Assembly (NCBI RefSeq): GCF_004210375.1
Contig: NC_134831.1
Location: 98,889,522-98,953,521 of the forward strand
DNA from: Tachypleus tridentatus
Taxonomy: Eukaryota
Length of the DNA stretch: 64,000 nt
Direction of reading: 5' to 3'
Position 1 is the stretch's first letter. The number at the start of each line of letters is the position of its first letter. The notes below the pieces were generated by a model. It saw only the letters and a list, made by a program, of their open reading frames with translations. It searched no databases and was not told the origin of the DNA. Positions 39,421 through 49,860 of this stretch are shown here, piece after piece. The translations under genes and the position numbers were made by a program.

Positions 39421-39556
39421 CATGCAATATTGTCCAGAGTTACAAATACAAAGTTGTCCAGGGTTACTACATACAATGTTGTCCAGGGTTACTACATACA
39501 ATGTTGTCCAGGGTTACTACATACAATATTGTCCAGGGTTACTACATACAATATTG
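39421..39556. repeat. Tandem repeat, 27 to 28-bp unit (acatacaatgttgtccagggttactac), 5 copies.
   Basis: Seen directly in the sequence. Confidence 0.9.
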
Positions 39557-39743
39557 CTTAACTGATTCTTTAAAAAGAAAAAGAGAAAAATACTATTTAT
39601 AAAAACTCTTGTACAGCTACAAGAGCCATTAAGTTTATATCAGATACATCCAAAAAACAGTAAGTATTTTTAGATATAATCTTGTTTAACTCTAGAATTC
39701 AATTTAGTGATATTTGGCTAAAAAGTTAAGTGAAGAAAAATAC

Positions 39744-39970
39744 AGGGAACAAAACATGTCTATAGTCTCCTGAAGTAACACTAATAACATGGAACAAAAC
39801 ATGTCTATAGTCTCCTGAAGTAACACTAATAACATGGAACAAAACACGTCTATAGTCTCCTGAAGTAACACTAATAACATGGAACAAAACACGTCTATAG
39901 TCTCCTGAAGTAACACGAATAACATGGAACAAAACATGTCTATAGTCTCCTGAAGTAACACTAATAACCA
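39744..39970. repeat. Tandem repeat, 45-bp unit (ggaacaaaacatgtctatagtctcctgaagtaacactaataacat), 5 copies. It ends 3 bp from the MVP exon f donor site.
   Basis: Period 45 bp. The last unit runs into catacccttccgg, which is the gtatgg donor on the minus strand. Confidence 0.95.
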
Positions 39971-39973
39971 TAC

Positions 39974-40123
39974 CCTTCCGGTTTTGATGTTCCTGACATA
40001 TATGCCTTCATTTTCATCTAATGGAATAGTGTATCGCTTGGCGATGACTTCAACTTCTACTGGAGGAATATACTCCTCAGGACCACGGATCATCCATTTA
40101 TCACCTGGATTTCTCTTAACAGC
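39974..40123 (-). CDS. MVP: MVP exon f. Encodes [50 protein letters not shown].
   Basis: Acceptor ttattatcatag|GCTGTT and donor GGAAGG|gtatgg. Matches human ..[44 protein letters not shown]. The track ORF 39704..40093 runs on into the adjacent tandem repeat; that extension is an artefact. Confidence 0.9.
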
Positions 40124-40729
40124 CTATGATAATAAAAAAAACATGCTGCACAAAATTTTACACTAAAAATATTCAAACAAAATATTTCAATTACAAATGT
40201 TTTGATACTTTTACAATAAAATAATGTAACTAGGAAATTTACCACATACATATATGTAAACTATTTCTGTAATTTATGTGGAAGGAATGAAAATTATATT
40301 AACTTGTTCAATATGCATGATGTACATGCTGTAACGTATTTACTCTTATGCATTTATTTTAAAGTTTGCTTCAGTTATAAATATATATTCAGAAATGCAT
40401 GTAACTTATATTGTTAAATGTGTATTGTGAAAGTCCTGCCTGTTCTCTAAATTTGTAGAAGATTGTAGTGCATAAAAATCAACAGCGTACTAGGTGTTTA
40501 TGTAATACTAGTTATTGACAGTATTGTTACCAAGTGAACTTCAGAAAATGTCTTTTACAATATTTATAAATCAATGTGGCAAGAGACAAAATAATATTGT
40601 TGGTCTGCCACAATCAGTACACTATAAGCCTTGGGAGCTATAACTGTGATAAACACTTATCAATCAGAAAACTACAGATACTTAACCAGGAACGTTTATA
40701 GAGTTTGAATGTTACAAAACAAAATACAG

Positions 40730-40900
40730 ATCTAAATAATCTGAGGACAAACTATAAAACTAATATTATTTTATTTACAAAAAACAAACATAAAACAGTG
40801 TATTATTGGGCATAAGATATGAAGTGATACATGGATCCTAAATTTGAAACATTTTAAAGACCTAAATTATAAATAAATCATAAAGAAATAATTATGTAAC
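40730..40900. repeat. Dispersed repeat copy. The partner copy lies at about 41800..41970 at roughly 85% identity.
   Basis: The string ..ctgaggacaaactataaaactaatattattttatttacaaaaaacaaacataaaacagtgtattattgggcataagatatgaagtgatac..aaattataaataaatcataaagaaata recurs at 41800..41970. Confidence 0.7.
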
Positions 40901-41334
40901 TCAAGAATTAACTTTGAATGTTAATATTTCTTTAAAAATATCACATACTTTCAATGGAAAAACTTGTGTGAGGAGCAAGAGATACCTTAGTTGTACTGAT
41001 ATCAACATTAAGTTATTCATTCATCGTGAATCGTGCATAAAATATTCAGTTCCAGACCAGATAATGTTGTTTGTAAAACTCTTGTATATAAGCCATTATT
41101 TGTAATAACTGTTATTATAAATTGTATTGTTGCTTGTATATTAAAATATATTTATGTTAAGAAAGAAAACAGCGTGTATCAATCTTACTGGCAAGCATCA
41201 TAAATTTGATAAATATTAACATTCAATTAACTTCTAAATTAAAATTAAAATTTCCAGCTATTGGAAATTGTAAAAATGTACATAACATAATAAATCAGAG
41301 ACTTGTCCTACGTAAATTATAATACATAACAACA

Positions 41335-41470
41335 TACACACTTCAATCAATATTCTTGGTATGTTGTTTTTTAATTGCTACAGCACGTATTGATAAATTA
41401 CCATTATAAAGCTAATTCACATACCAAGAATATTGATTGAAGTGAGTACGTTGTTACAGCAATTAAAAAA
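41335..41470. repeat. Nested inverted repeat / palindrome (cttcaatcaatattcttggtatg ... cataccaagaatattgattgaag, with the outer pair ttttttaattgctacagcacgta / tacgttgttacagcaattaaaaaa).
   Basis: Seen directly in the sequence. The arms are about 23 bp with a roughly 50-bp spacer. Confidence 0.7.
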
Positions 41471-42173
41471 AAATATATTTTTCAAACTTAAATAAACAAA
41501 CAATAAATTACAGAAATGGAATGTCACATAATTTTACAGGACATTAGATAAAACAAATGAATCACATCATAGAAGGATAATGTCAGATTAAACTATTGTT
41601 TCTTCATCATTACATAGTACAGTTAACAAATTAAGAAAAGATTATACTATCACTTAGCGAAGTAGCTAATTCCCTACTCATATATGCTGTATTTCATACA
41701 CCCTATTTTATTTCTGTAATATAAGAAACACTGTGTGCAGTTCACTCAAACTGGATTAATGTCACAAGTGGGCCCAGTTTCAGTCTCAATGATTAAACAC
41801 AAAATAACCTGAGAACAAACAATAAAACTTGTATTTTATTTACAAAAAAACAAACATAAAACAGTATATTACTGAGCATAACATATAAAGTGATACACTT
41901 ATTCTAAATTTGAAAAATTTTAAAGTCCTAAATTATAAATAAATCATAAAGAAATATTTATGTAACTCATGTCTGTAACTTAGCACCATGTATATTCCTT
42001 TAGAGATCAAACCATATAATCAAACATATACTTAAAATTTTGTGATATTTAAAACCTCACATTTAGAAATATTACAATCCACAAATTTATTTATAAAACA
42101 TTAATAATTTGCACAACAAAATTGTGTTTTATTCATGATGAAAGCATAAAATTTGCCAAAAAAAGTACACAAA

Positions 42174-42503
42174 GAGATCACTTTGTGGTAGATGTTGGTA
42201 CCAAGCAGTATTATCTTACTCAGATCACTTTGTGGTATATGTTGGTACCAAGCAGTATTATCTTACTCAGATCACTTTGTGGTAGATGTTGGTACCAAGC
42301 AGTATTATCTTACTCAGATCACTTTGTGGTAGATGTTGGTACCAAGCAGTATTATCTTACTCAGATCACTTTGTGGTATATGTTGGTACCAAGCAGTATT
42401 ATCTTACTCAGATCACTTTGTGGTAGATGTTGGTACCAAGCAGTATTATCTTACTCAGATCACTTTGTGGTAGATGTTGGTACCATGCAGTATTATCTTA
42501 CTC
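42174..42503. repeat. Tandem repeat, 47-bp unit (cagatcactttgtggtagatgttggtaccaagcagtattatcttact), about 7 copies.
   Basis: Period 47 bp. ORF 42122..42535 is an artefact. Confidence 0.95.
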
Positions 42504-42861
42504 TGTATTTGAAACACCCTCTTTCATCTCTGTAATAAATGAAAAACTGTCAAAATAAATATTCAAGCAAAAACTGTCAATAGACTTGAGCTGATTGATG
42601 CCATTTAAGTGATCAAATTAAGATTGATTGGCTATGATTTCAAAAATGTCAAAATTTGCTTTTTGTGTGGTTAAGAATTACCTATTAAATTCTTTTTCTA
42701 TATTTTTTGTCTAATACTGTGTTGTTTTTTTGTATAGCTATAGTTTAGATTATAAGTTACTATTCCATTTGCACTTATTTCATAAAATGCCAAATGCATA
42801 TGTACAAACCAAACTAGTAATTATAACAGTGATGTTGAAAAAACCCACTTGTAGAGAAAAA

Positions 42862-42982
42862 TATATATGTAAAAACGGCTCGTTTAGGTTGAGAAAATTT
42901 TTTACGTAGAGGAGCTAACAACGTTTCGACCTTCCATGTAAAAACTTTTCTCAACCCAAACGAGCTGTTTTTACATATATAT
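42862..42982. mobile_element. Small hairpin (foldback) element with a 37-bp inverted repeat (2 mismatches) around a 47-bp loop.
   Basis: The left arm is atatatatgtaaaaacggctcgtttaggttgagaaaa. The right arm reverse complement is atatatatgtaaaaacagctcgtttgggttgagaaaa. Confidence 0.6.
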
Positions 42983-43129
42983 TTAAACTGGTAATTAATC
43001 ACATAAAACCGAGTGATCAGAATTGAAGTTATAAACAAAAGATATAAAATTATCTATACAAGTGTGAGGGATAAGTTATCAAATTCGATAGAAGAGTGGC
43101 TGGACTGATGGAAGCAAAATGTTGTCACA

Positions 43130-44100
43130 AACTGAGTTCATTCAAACTGGATTAATGTCACAAGTGGTGTACCTGAGGTCCCAGTCTCAGAACCTTTTTT
43201 ATTTTCATCAGTGACACAAATGAAGGAATGATCAATAAGTTATTTAACTTTACAGATGATATTAAGGACTTGGATGTTGCTAGCTGTGAAGAGGATGCTT
43301 CTGATCTATAAAAATATTTAGATCATTTAGTAAATAAATGTCAGATGGGTTTTAATTATACTAAATGCAAGATACATGTGGGTAATCACAATTCAAATTA
43401 TAAGCATAATTTGGATAGAAATAAACTAAACAGTGTTATGAAGGAAAGTGTTCTTGGTGTAATAACCACGATTAATCAGTATCTGAAACCATCCAAGCAA
43501 TGTCCTGTTGCTTGTGGTGGAGCAAATAGTATTTTGGGTTGTATGTACAGAAATACTGAATACAAGTCTAAATATGTTATAATTTCATTGTTTAGATCAC
43601 TGGTTAGCCCATATTTGAAATACTGAGTTCAGTTTTGGGCTCCTTACCTAAGGAAAAACATTGAATTGTTGGAAAGGGTTCAGAGAAAGGTAACTAGGAT
43701 GGTGTCTGGGAGGGAGTGTTGTTATGACTTTCAAATTATTTTCTCTTAATTAAAGAAGAGTTTGGACAGTTTGATTGAAATGTTTGAAATTATAGAGAGA
43801 ACTGATAGTGTTGATGTATTATCTATTTTTATATTTAACAATGAAAATAGTAGTTAAAGGGGACACAAATATAACTTTTGGCAGGGTAAGAATCATTATC
43901 AGCTAGACAGTTTCATTTTTCTAACAGGTTGGGTGCCCTTTGGAATGAATTGTCTTCATACATTATAGAGGTAATAAATTTAAGTAAGCTTAAATTAAGT
44001 ATATGAATGATAAGGGTTGGCTTTAAGATTTTTAAAAAAATATTTTAGCTTAATTTAGAAGATGGAATAGTTGAGATGGAACAACAGGTCCCTATTGTCC
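43130..44100 (+). mobile_element. CR1-like LINE 3' fragment (RT C-terminal region and 3' end), plus strand.
   Basis: The translation reads ...INKLFNFTDDIKDLDV...LDHLVNKCQMGFNYTKCKIHVGNHNSNYKHNL...SLFRSLVSPYLKY*VQFWAPYLRKNIELLERVQRKVTRMVSG, about 80% similar to the minus-strand copy at 20560..21010. Confidence 0.75.
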
Positions 44101-44277
44101 TAAAATGTTATATTATAAGCTATCAAGATTCTCAGGTACACTGAGATTCAAGAATACTGCTATAATATAAGCAAAAACCATTATTCAGATAACAGTATAT
44201 AAATGCTACAAATGACTACTTTTCACAGTTATAGTACCCATATTGGCTAACCCGAATTGTGCCACAAAGTTTGTTAC

Positions 44278-44409
44278 CGGCAGGACAGTATCATCTGTAA
44301 AAGTTTCTTTGGCTCGTAGGATCAATCCTTCATTTTCTCCCAGAACACAGATGTCTTGAATACCATTTTCTAGTCTTTCTCCAGGCATAAGAAAGAAAGA
44401 TATTTCACC
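44278..44409 (-). CDS. MVP: MVP exon e. Encodes [44 protein letters not shown].
   Basis: Acceptor atcaatag|GGTGAA and donor CTGCCG|gtaaca. Matches human [41 protein letters not shown]... Confidence 0.85.
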
Positions 44410-44654
44410 CTATTGATAAAAAAAACAGCTACAAACATGTGCTTATAAAACATAATTCTTTACAAAATCAACAACGGTACGTGTGTAAGGAAAGATTCAG
44501 ATATTTTACTCATTTCATGACAAATTTATGATACAAAGAAAAATATATATTATTAAAACTCCACAGAGATTGTTGTTTGTGATGTTAAAAACTGTGTTTT
44601 ACCATCAGTTAAAGGAAACAACTGTAACAGTTCCATAAATTCTCATCAGTATTT

Positions 44655-46750
44655 CAATTTCTTATACAGTGGGCTTATGAAATAAGAGAGGCAGTTATAA
44701 TTAAAACATTCAACATACTTTAACCAATTTCTTATGCATACAGTGGGCTTATGAACTAAGAGACACAGTTATAATTAAAACATTCAACATACTTAACCAA
44801 TTTCTTATGCATACAGTGGGCTTATGAACTAAGAGACACAGTTATAATTAAAACATTCAACATACTTTAACCAATTTCTTATGCATACAGTGGGCTTATG
44901 AACTAAGAGACAGTTATATTAAAACATTCAACATACTTTAACCAATTTCTTATGCATACAGTGGGCTTATGAACTAAGAGACACAGTTATAATTAAAACA
45001 TTCAACATACTTAACCAGTTTCTTATGCATACAGTGGGCTTATGAAATAAGAGACACAGTTATAATTAAAACATTAAACATACTTTAACCAATTTCTTAT
45101 GCATACAGTGGGCTTATGAACTAAGAGACAGTTATATTAAAACATTCAACGTACTTTAACCAATTTCTTATGCATACAGTGGGCTTATGAACTAAGAGAC
45201 AGTTATAATTAAAACATTCAACATACTTTAACCAATTTCTTATACATACAGTGGGCTTATGAAATAAGAGACACAGTTATAATTAAAACATTCAACATAC
45301 TTAACCAATTTCTTATACATACAGTGGGCTTATGAAATAAGAGACACAGTTATAATTAAAACATTCAACATACTTAACCAATTTCTTATTCATACAGTGG
45401 GCTTATGAACTAAGAGACAGTTATATTAAAACATTCAACATACTTTAACCAATTTCTTATGCATACAGTGGGCTTATGAACTAAGAGACACAGTTATAAT
45501 TAAAACATTCAACATACTTAACCAGTTTCTTATGCATACAGTGGGCTTATGAACCAAGAGACACAGTTATAATTAAAACATTAAACATACTTTAACCAAT
45601 TTCTTATGCATACAGTGGGCTTATGAACTAAGAGACAGTTATATTAAAACATTCAACGTACTTTAACCAATTTCTTATGCATACAGTGGGCTTATGAACT
45701 AAGAGACAGTTATAATTAAAACATTCAACATACTTTAACCAATTTCTTATACATACAGTGGGCTTATGAAATAAGAGACACAGTTATAATTAAAACATTC
45801 AACATACTTAACCAATTTCTTATACATACAGTGGGCTTATGAAATAAGAGACACAGTTATAATTAAAACATTCAACATACTTAACCAATTTCTTATTCAT
45901 ACAGTGGGCTTATGAACTAAGAGACAGTTATATTAAAACATTCAACATACTTTAACCAATTTCTTATGCATACAGTGGGCTTATGAACTAAGAGACACAG
46001 TTATAATTAAAACATTCAACATACTTAACCAGTTTCTTATGCATACAGTGGGCTTATGAACCAAGAGACACAGTTATAATTAAAACATTAAACATACTTA
46101 ACCAATTTCTTATACATACAGTGGGCTTATGAAATAAGAGACACAGTTATAATTAAAACATTAAACATACTTTAACCAATTTCTTATGCATACAGTGGGC
46201 TTATGAACTAAGAGACAGTTATATTAAAACATTCAACATACTTTAACCAATTTCTTATGCATACAGTGGGCTTATGAACTAAGAGACACAGTTATAATTA
46301 AAACATTCAACATACTTAACCAATTTCTTATACATACAGTGGGCTTATGAAATAAGAGACACAGTTATAATTAAAACATTCAACATACTTAACCAATTTC
46401 TTATGCATACAGTGGGCTTATGAAATAAGAGACACAGTTATAATTAAAACATTCAACATACTTTAACCAATTTCTTATTCATACAGTGGGCTTATGAACT
46501 AAGAGACAGTTATATTAAAACATTCAACATACTTTAACCAATTTCTTATACATACAGTGGGCTTATGAAATAAGAGACACAGTTATAATTAAAACATTCA
46601 ACATACTTTAACCAATTTCTTATACATACAGTTGGCTTATGAACTAAGAGACACAGTTATAATTAAAACATTCAACATACTTTAACCAATTTCTTATACA
46701 TACAGTGGGCTTATGAAATAAGAGACAGTTATATTAAAACATTCAACATA
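44655..46750. repeat. Tandem minisatellite, 70 to 76-bp unit (ttaaccaatttcttatRcatacagtgggcttatgaaMtaagagacacagttataattaaaacattcaacatact), about 29 copies. It is contiguous with the 3' end of MVP exon d.
   Basis: On the minus strand each unit reads ...AAGAAATTGGTTAAAGTATGTTGAATG..., which is the last 15 nt of exon d plus its GTATGT donor. Confidence 0.95.
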
Positions 46751-46751
46751 C

Positions 46752-46988
46752 TTTAACCAATTTCTTTTGGCCTAGCTGAGGGGTCCCATCTTCATTAAGA
46801 GGATCAAGAATAACACAGTACTGACGCTTAGATAATGTTGTAATAGATACCACACCGACCACCTGTTCATACACACCCGGTATGTAAGTTTCTGTGTCAG
46901 TCATTTTGATCAACCACTCCTGTCCATTTCTTCTTTCGACTCCCAGCTCATCACAAAATGTACAAGTCGCCCTTACGTGTACTGCTTC
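46752..46988 (-). CDS. MVP: MVP exon d. Encodes [79 protein letters not shown].
   Basis: Acceptor tctgtttcag|GAAGCAG and donor GGTTAAA|gtatgt (phase 0). Matches human [79 protein letters not shown]. Confidence 0.9.
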
Positions 46989-47568
46989 CTGAAACAGACC
47001 CAAGTTTACTAATATAAGTTTGATATGTCAGCATGTGAAATGAATAAGCAACAACAACAACAAAAAACAGAAGTGAAAATGTTATACTTTGAAAGTCACG
47101 AAAAACAAATTTACACTTGTTATAAAAACAACAGTGTATGAAGTGAAAAATAATTCTCAGATGAATTTTGATGAATGGTAACAAGACCACCTGTGAGGTC
47201 AACAAAAGTACACACGTTTGTGTATAAAGTGCTTCATATAATCCAATGTTCAAATAGCTAAGGTTACTGGGAGTTCCACATCTCTTAATATTTGTTTTCA
47301 AAAACACTTAATAGGTTTACTCTGCTGACATATTATTTTTCAGAATTTTCAGATTTTAAACTTTCAAATACTGACACAGCTTTTACTTTATGATCAATGT
47401 GCATTATCTGTGTGCAGCAGGAAACAACTAAATAGTTTAAAAAGAAACATGTTATTTATGTGTTGGTTCCATGTTGAGTCTTACATGGTGATGACCGTAA
47501 CTAACCTGCTTTTCTCATAATCATGCATCGTAAAGTAAAATATAATTGGTGGGGAAAAAAAGAAAAAA

Positions 47569-48030
47569 GGTCAAACATTGTAAAAACAGCAAAATAAGCT
47601 AAAAACAAACATTAGTTTATATCAAAGGTCAAACACTGTGAAAACAGCAAAATAAGCTAAAAACAAACATGAGTTTATATCAAAGGTCAAACACTGTGAA
47701 AACAGCAAAATAAGCTAAAAACAAACATTAGTTTATATCAAAGGTCAAACACTATGAAAACAGCAAAATAAGCTAAAAACAAACATGAGTTTATATCAAA
47801 GGTCAAACACTATGAAAACAGCAAAATAAGCTAAAAACAAACATGAGTTTATATCAAAGGTCAAACACTGTGAAAACAGCACAATAAGCTAAAAACAAAC
47901 ATTAGTTTATATCAAAGGTCAAACACTGTGAAAACAGCACAATAAGCTAAAAACAAACATTAGTTTATATCAAAGGTCAAACACTGTGAAAACAGCAAAA
48001 TAAGCTAAAAACAAACATTAGTTTATATCA
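47569..48030. repeat. Tandem repeat, 59-bp unit (gtcaaacactgtgaaaacagcaaaataagctaaaaacaaacattagtttatatcaaag), about 8 copies.
   Basis: Period 58 to 59 bp. Confidence 0.95.
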
Positions 48031-48201
48031 AGGTTTAATAAATATTTATGTCAGTTAACAGTCTTTTCATTATGTGACATGATGGATCATAAAATTGCGG
48101 AATTATTATATATGCAGAAGTTTTCATATTGGTACTTAAAATACAGGAATGGAAATACATTTAGTGCTGCATGTCTTTTCCTTCCAAATCACAGTAGTTA
48201 C

Positions 48202-48428
48202 CTTTTCTGTCAAAACATATGCATTAACAATATCCACAATTTCTTCATAAGCTCCAGGTAGATAAGCACCTATCTTTCTGACAAGCCACTCCTCTCCACA
48301 CACCCTTATCTTTCCACCTCTGTCTCTTGTCTCTGTACAAGCTCGAAGTTTTAAAGCCTGATTCGGTTTGATTACAAAAGCTCTCACTGTTTCCACAACT
48401 TCAACCTCCTTACAAGGAATGTATGTCC
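48202..48428 (-). CDS. MVP: MVP exon c. Encodes (G)[75 protein letters not shown].
   Basis: Acceptor ..ttaacatag|GGACATAC and donor GAAAAG|gtaact. Matches human [76 protein letters not shown]. Confidence 0.9.
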
Positions 48429-48430
48429 CT

Positions 48431-49452
48431 ATGTTAAAAAATAAATATCAAACATCCATTGGTGATGTATGTTCCTATATAACAGAATAAATATCAAACA
48501 TCCATTGGTTGCTGTATAACACTATGTTACAGAATAAATATCAAACATCCATTGGTTGATGTATAACACTATGTTACAGAATAAATATAAACATCCATTG
48601 GTTGATGTATAATACTATGTTACAGAATAAATATCAAACCTCCATTGGTTAATTATGTTCCTATGTTACAGAATAAATATCAAACGTTCATTGGTTGCTG
48701 TATAACACTATGTTAGAAAATAAATATCAAACATTCATTGGTTGCTATATAACACTACGTTACAAAATAAATATCAAACCTCCATTGGTTGATTATGTTC
48801 TTATGTTACAGAATAAATATCAAACATTCATTGGTTGCTGTATAACACTATGTTACAAAATAAATATCAAACATCCATTGGTTGATGTATAACACTATGT
48901 TAGAAAATAAATATCAAACCTCCATTGGTCACTGTATAACACTATGTTACAGAATAAATATCAAACCTCCATTGGTTGCTGTATAACACTATGTTACAAA
49001 ATAAATATCAAACATCCATTGGTTGCTGTATAACACTATGTTACAAAATAAATATCAAACATTCATTGGTTGCTGTATAACACTATGTTACAGAATAAAT
49101 ATCAAATATTCATTGGTTGCTGTATAACACTATGTTACAAAATAAATATCAAACCTCCATTGGTTGCTGTATAACACTATGTTAGAAAATAAATATAAAA
49201 CCTCCACTGGTTGCTGTATAATACTATGTTACAGAATAAATATCAAACATTCATTGGTTGCTGTATAACACTATGTTACAAAATAAATATCAAACCTCCA
49301 TTGGTTGATGTATAACACTATGTTACAGAATAAATATCAAACCTCCACTGGTTGCTGTATAACACTATGTTACAAAATAAACATCAAACATCCATTGATT
49401 GCTGTATAACACTATGTTACAGAATAAATATCAAACCTCCACTAGTTGCTGA
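48431..49452. repeat. Tandem minisatellite, 47-bp unit (tatgttacagaataaatatcaaacatccattggttgctgtataacac), about 21 copies. It starts immediately upstream (in transcript sense) of the MVP exon c acceptor.
   Basis: On the minus strand the units contain gatatttattctgtaacatag, which copies the polypyrimidine tract and AG acceptor. The second unit also copies the first 10 nt of the exon (GAACATACAT against GGACATACAT). Confidence 0.95.
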
Positions 49453-49573
49453 AACAGTTCTCAATGACAATATGATTACCTTTCAAATAAGATAATAAAC
49501 AGCCAGAGATTCTTAAGTTGTAAGTTGCAATTTCAAGATGGAAAGAGTGAATTTTTTTAGATAACATTTAAAT

Positions 49574-49860
49574 ACAGTGGAACCCCTCTAAGCGGCCACC
49601 CCTCAGATTCGGTCACCCCTTGAAAGTGGTCATTCAATCACAGTCCCTTTTTTTGTTTACATAATCCCTAATTATGTACAGTGGAACCTCTCTAAGCGGC
49701 CACCCCTCAGATTCGGTCACCCCTTGAAAGTGGTCATTCAATCACAGTCCCTTTTTTTGTTTACATAATCCCTAATTATGTACAGTGGAACCCCTCTAAT
49801 CAGGCCAGTTTGTCTCAGTCCCGAAGGTGGCTACTTTAGAGGGGTTCCACTGTAATAGCA
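49574..49860. repeat. 104-bp unit repeated about 2.7 times (acagtggaacccctctaagcggccacccctcagattcggtcaccccttgaaagtggtcattcaatcacagtccctttttttgtttacataatccctaattatgt). It ends in a perfect 17-bp inverted repeat hairpin at 49783..49852.
   Basis: Units start at 49574, 49678 and 49782. The inverted repeat is cagtggaacccctctaa ... ttagaggggttccactg. Confidence 0.85.

Noticed and set aside
39704-40093. The ORF-track protein of 129 aa extending MVP exon f downstream through 39726.
   Set aside because: The real exon ends at the GT donor at 39973/39972. The rest of the ORF is a read-through of the 45-bp tandem repeat (..[13 protein letters not shown].. periodic).
47560-48040. The 59-bp array might be a copy of the exon c donor (gttttcacag resembles GTTTTGACAG).
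   Set aside because: Only a 10-nt partial match exists and the array is 160 bp away. This is much weaker than the exon d donor and exon c acceptor cases, so coincidence was not excluded.
9209-49452. The regularly spaced direct repeats might be CRISPR arrays.
   Set aside because: The units are contiguous tandem copies with no unique spacers. The sequence is clearly eukaryotic (spliced gene, LINE/SINE/mariner). There are no cas genes.
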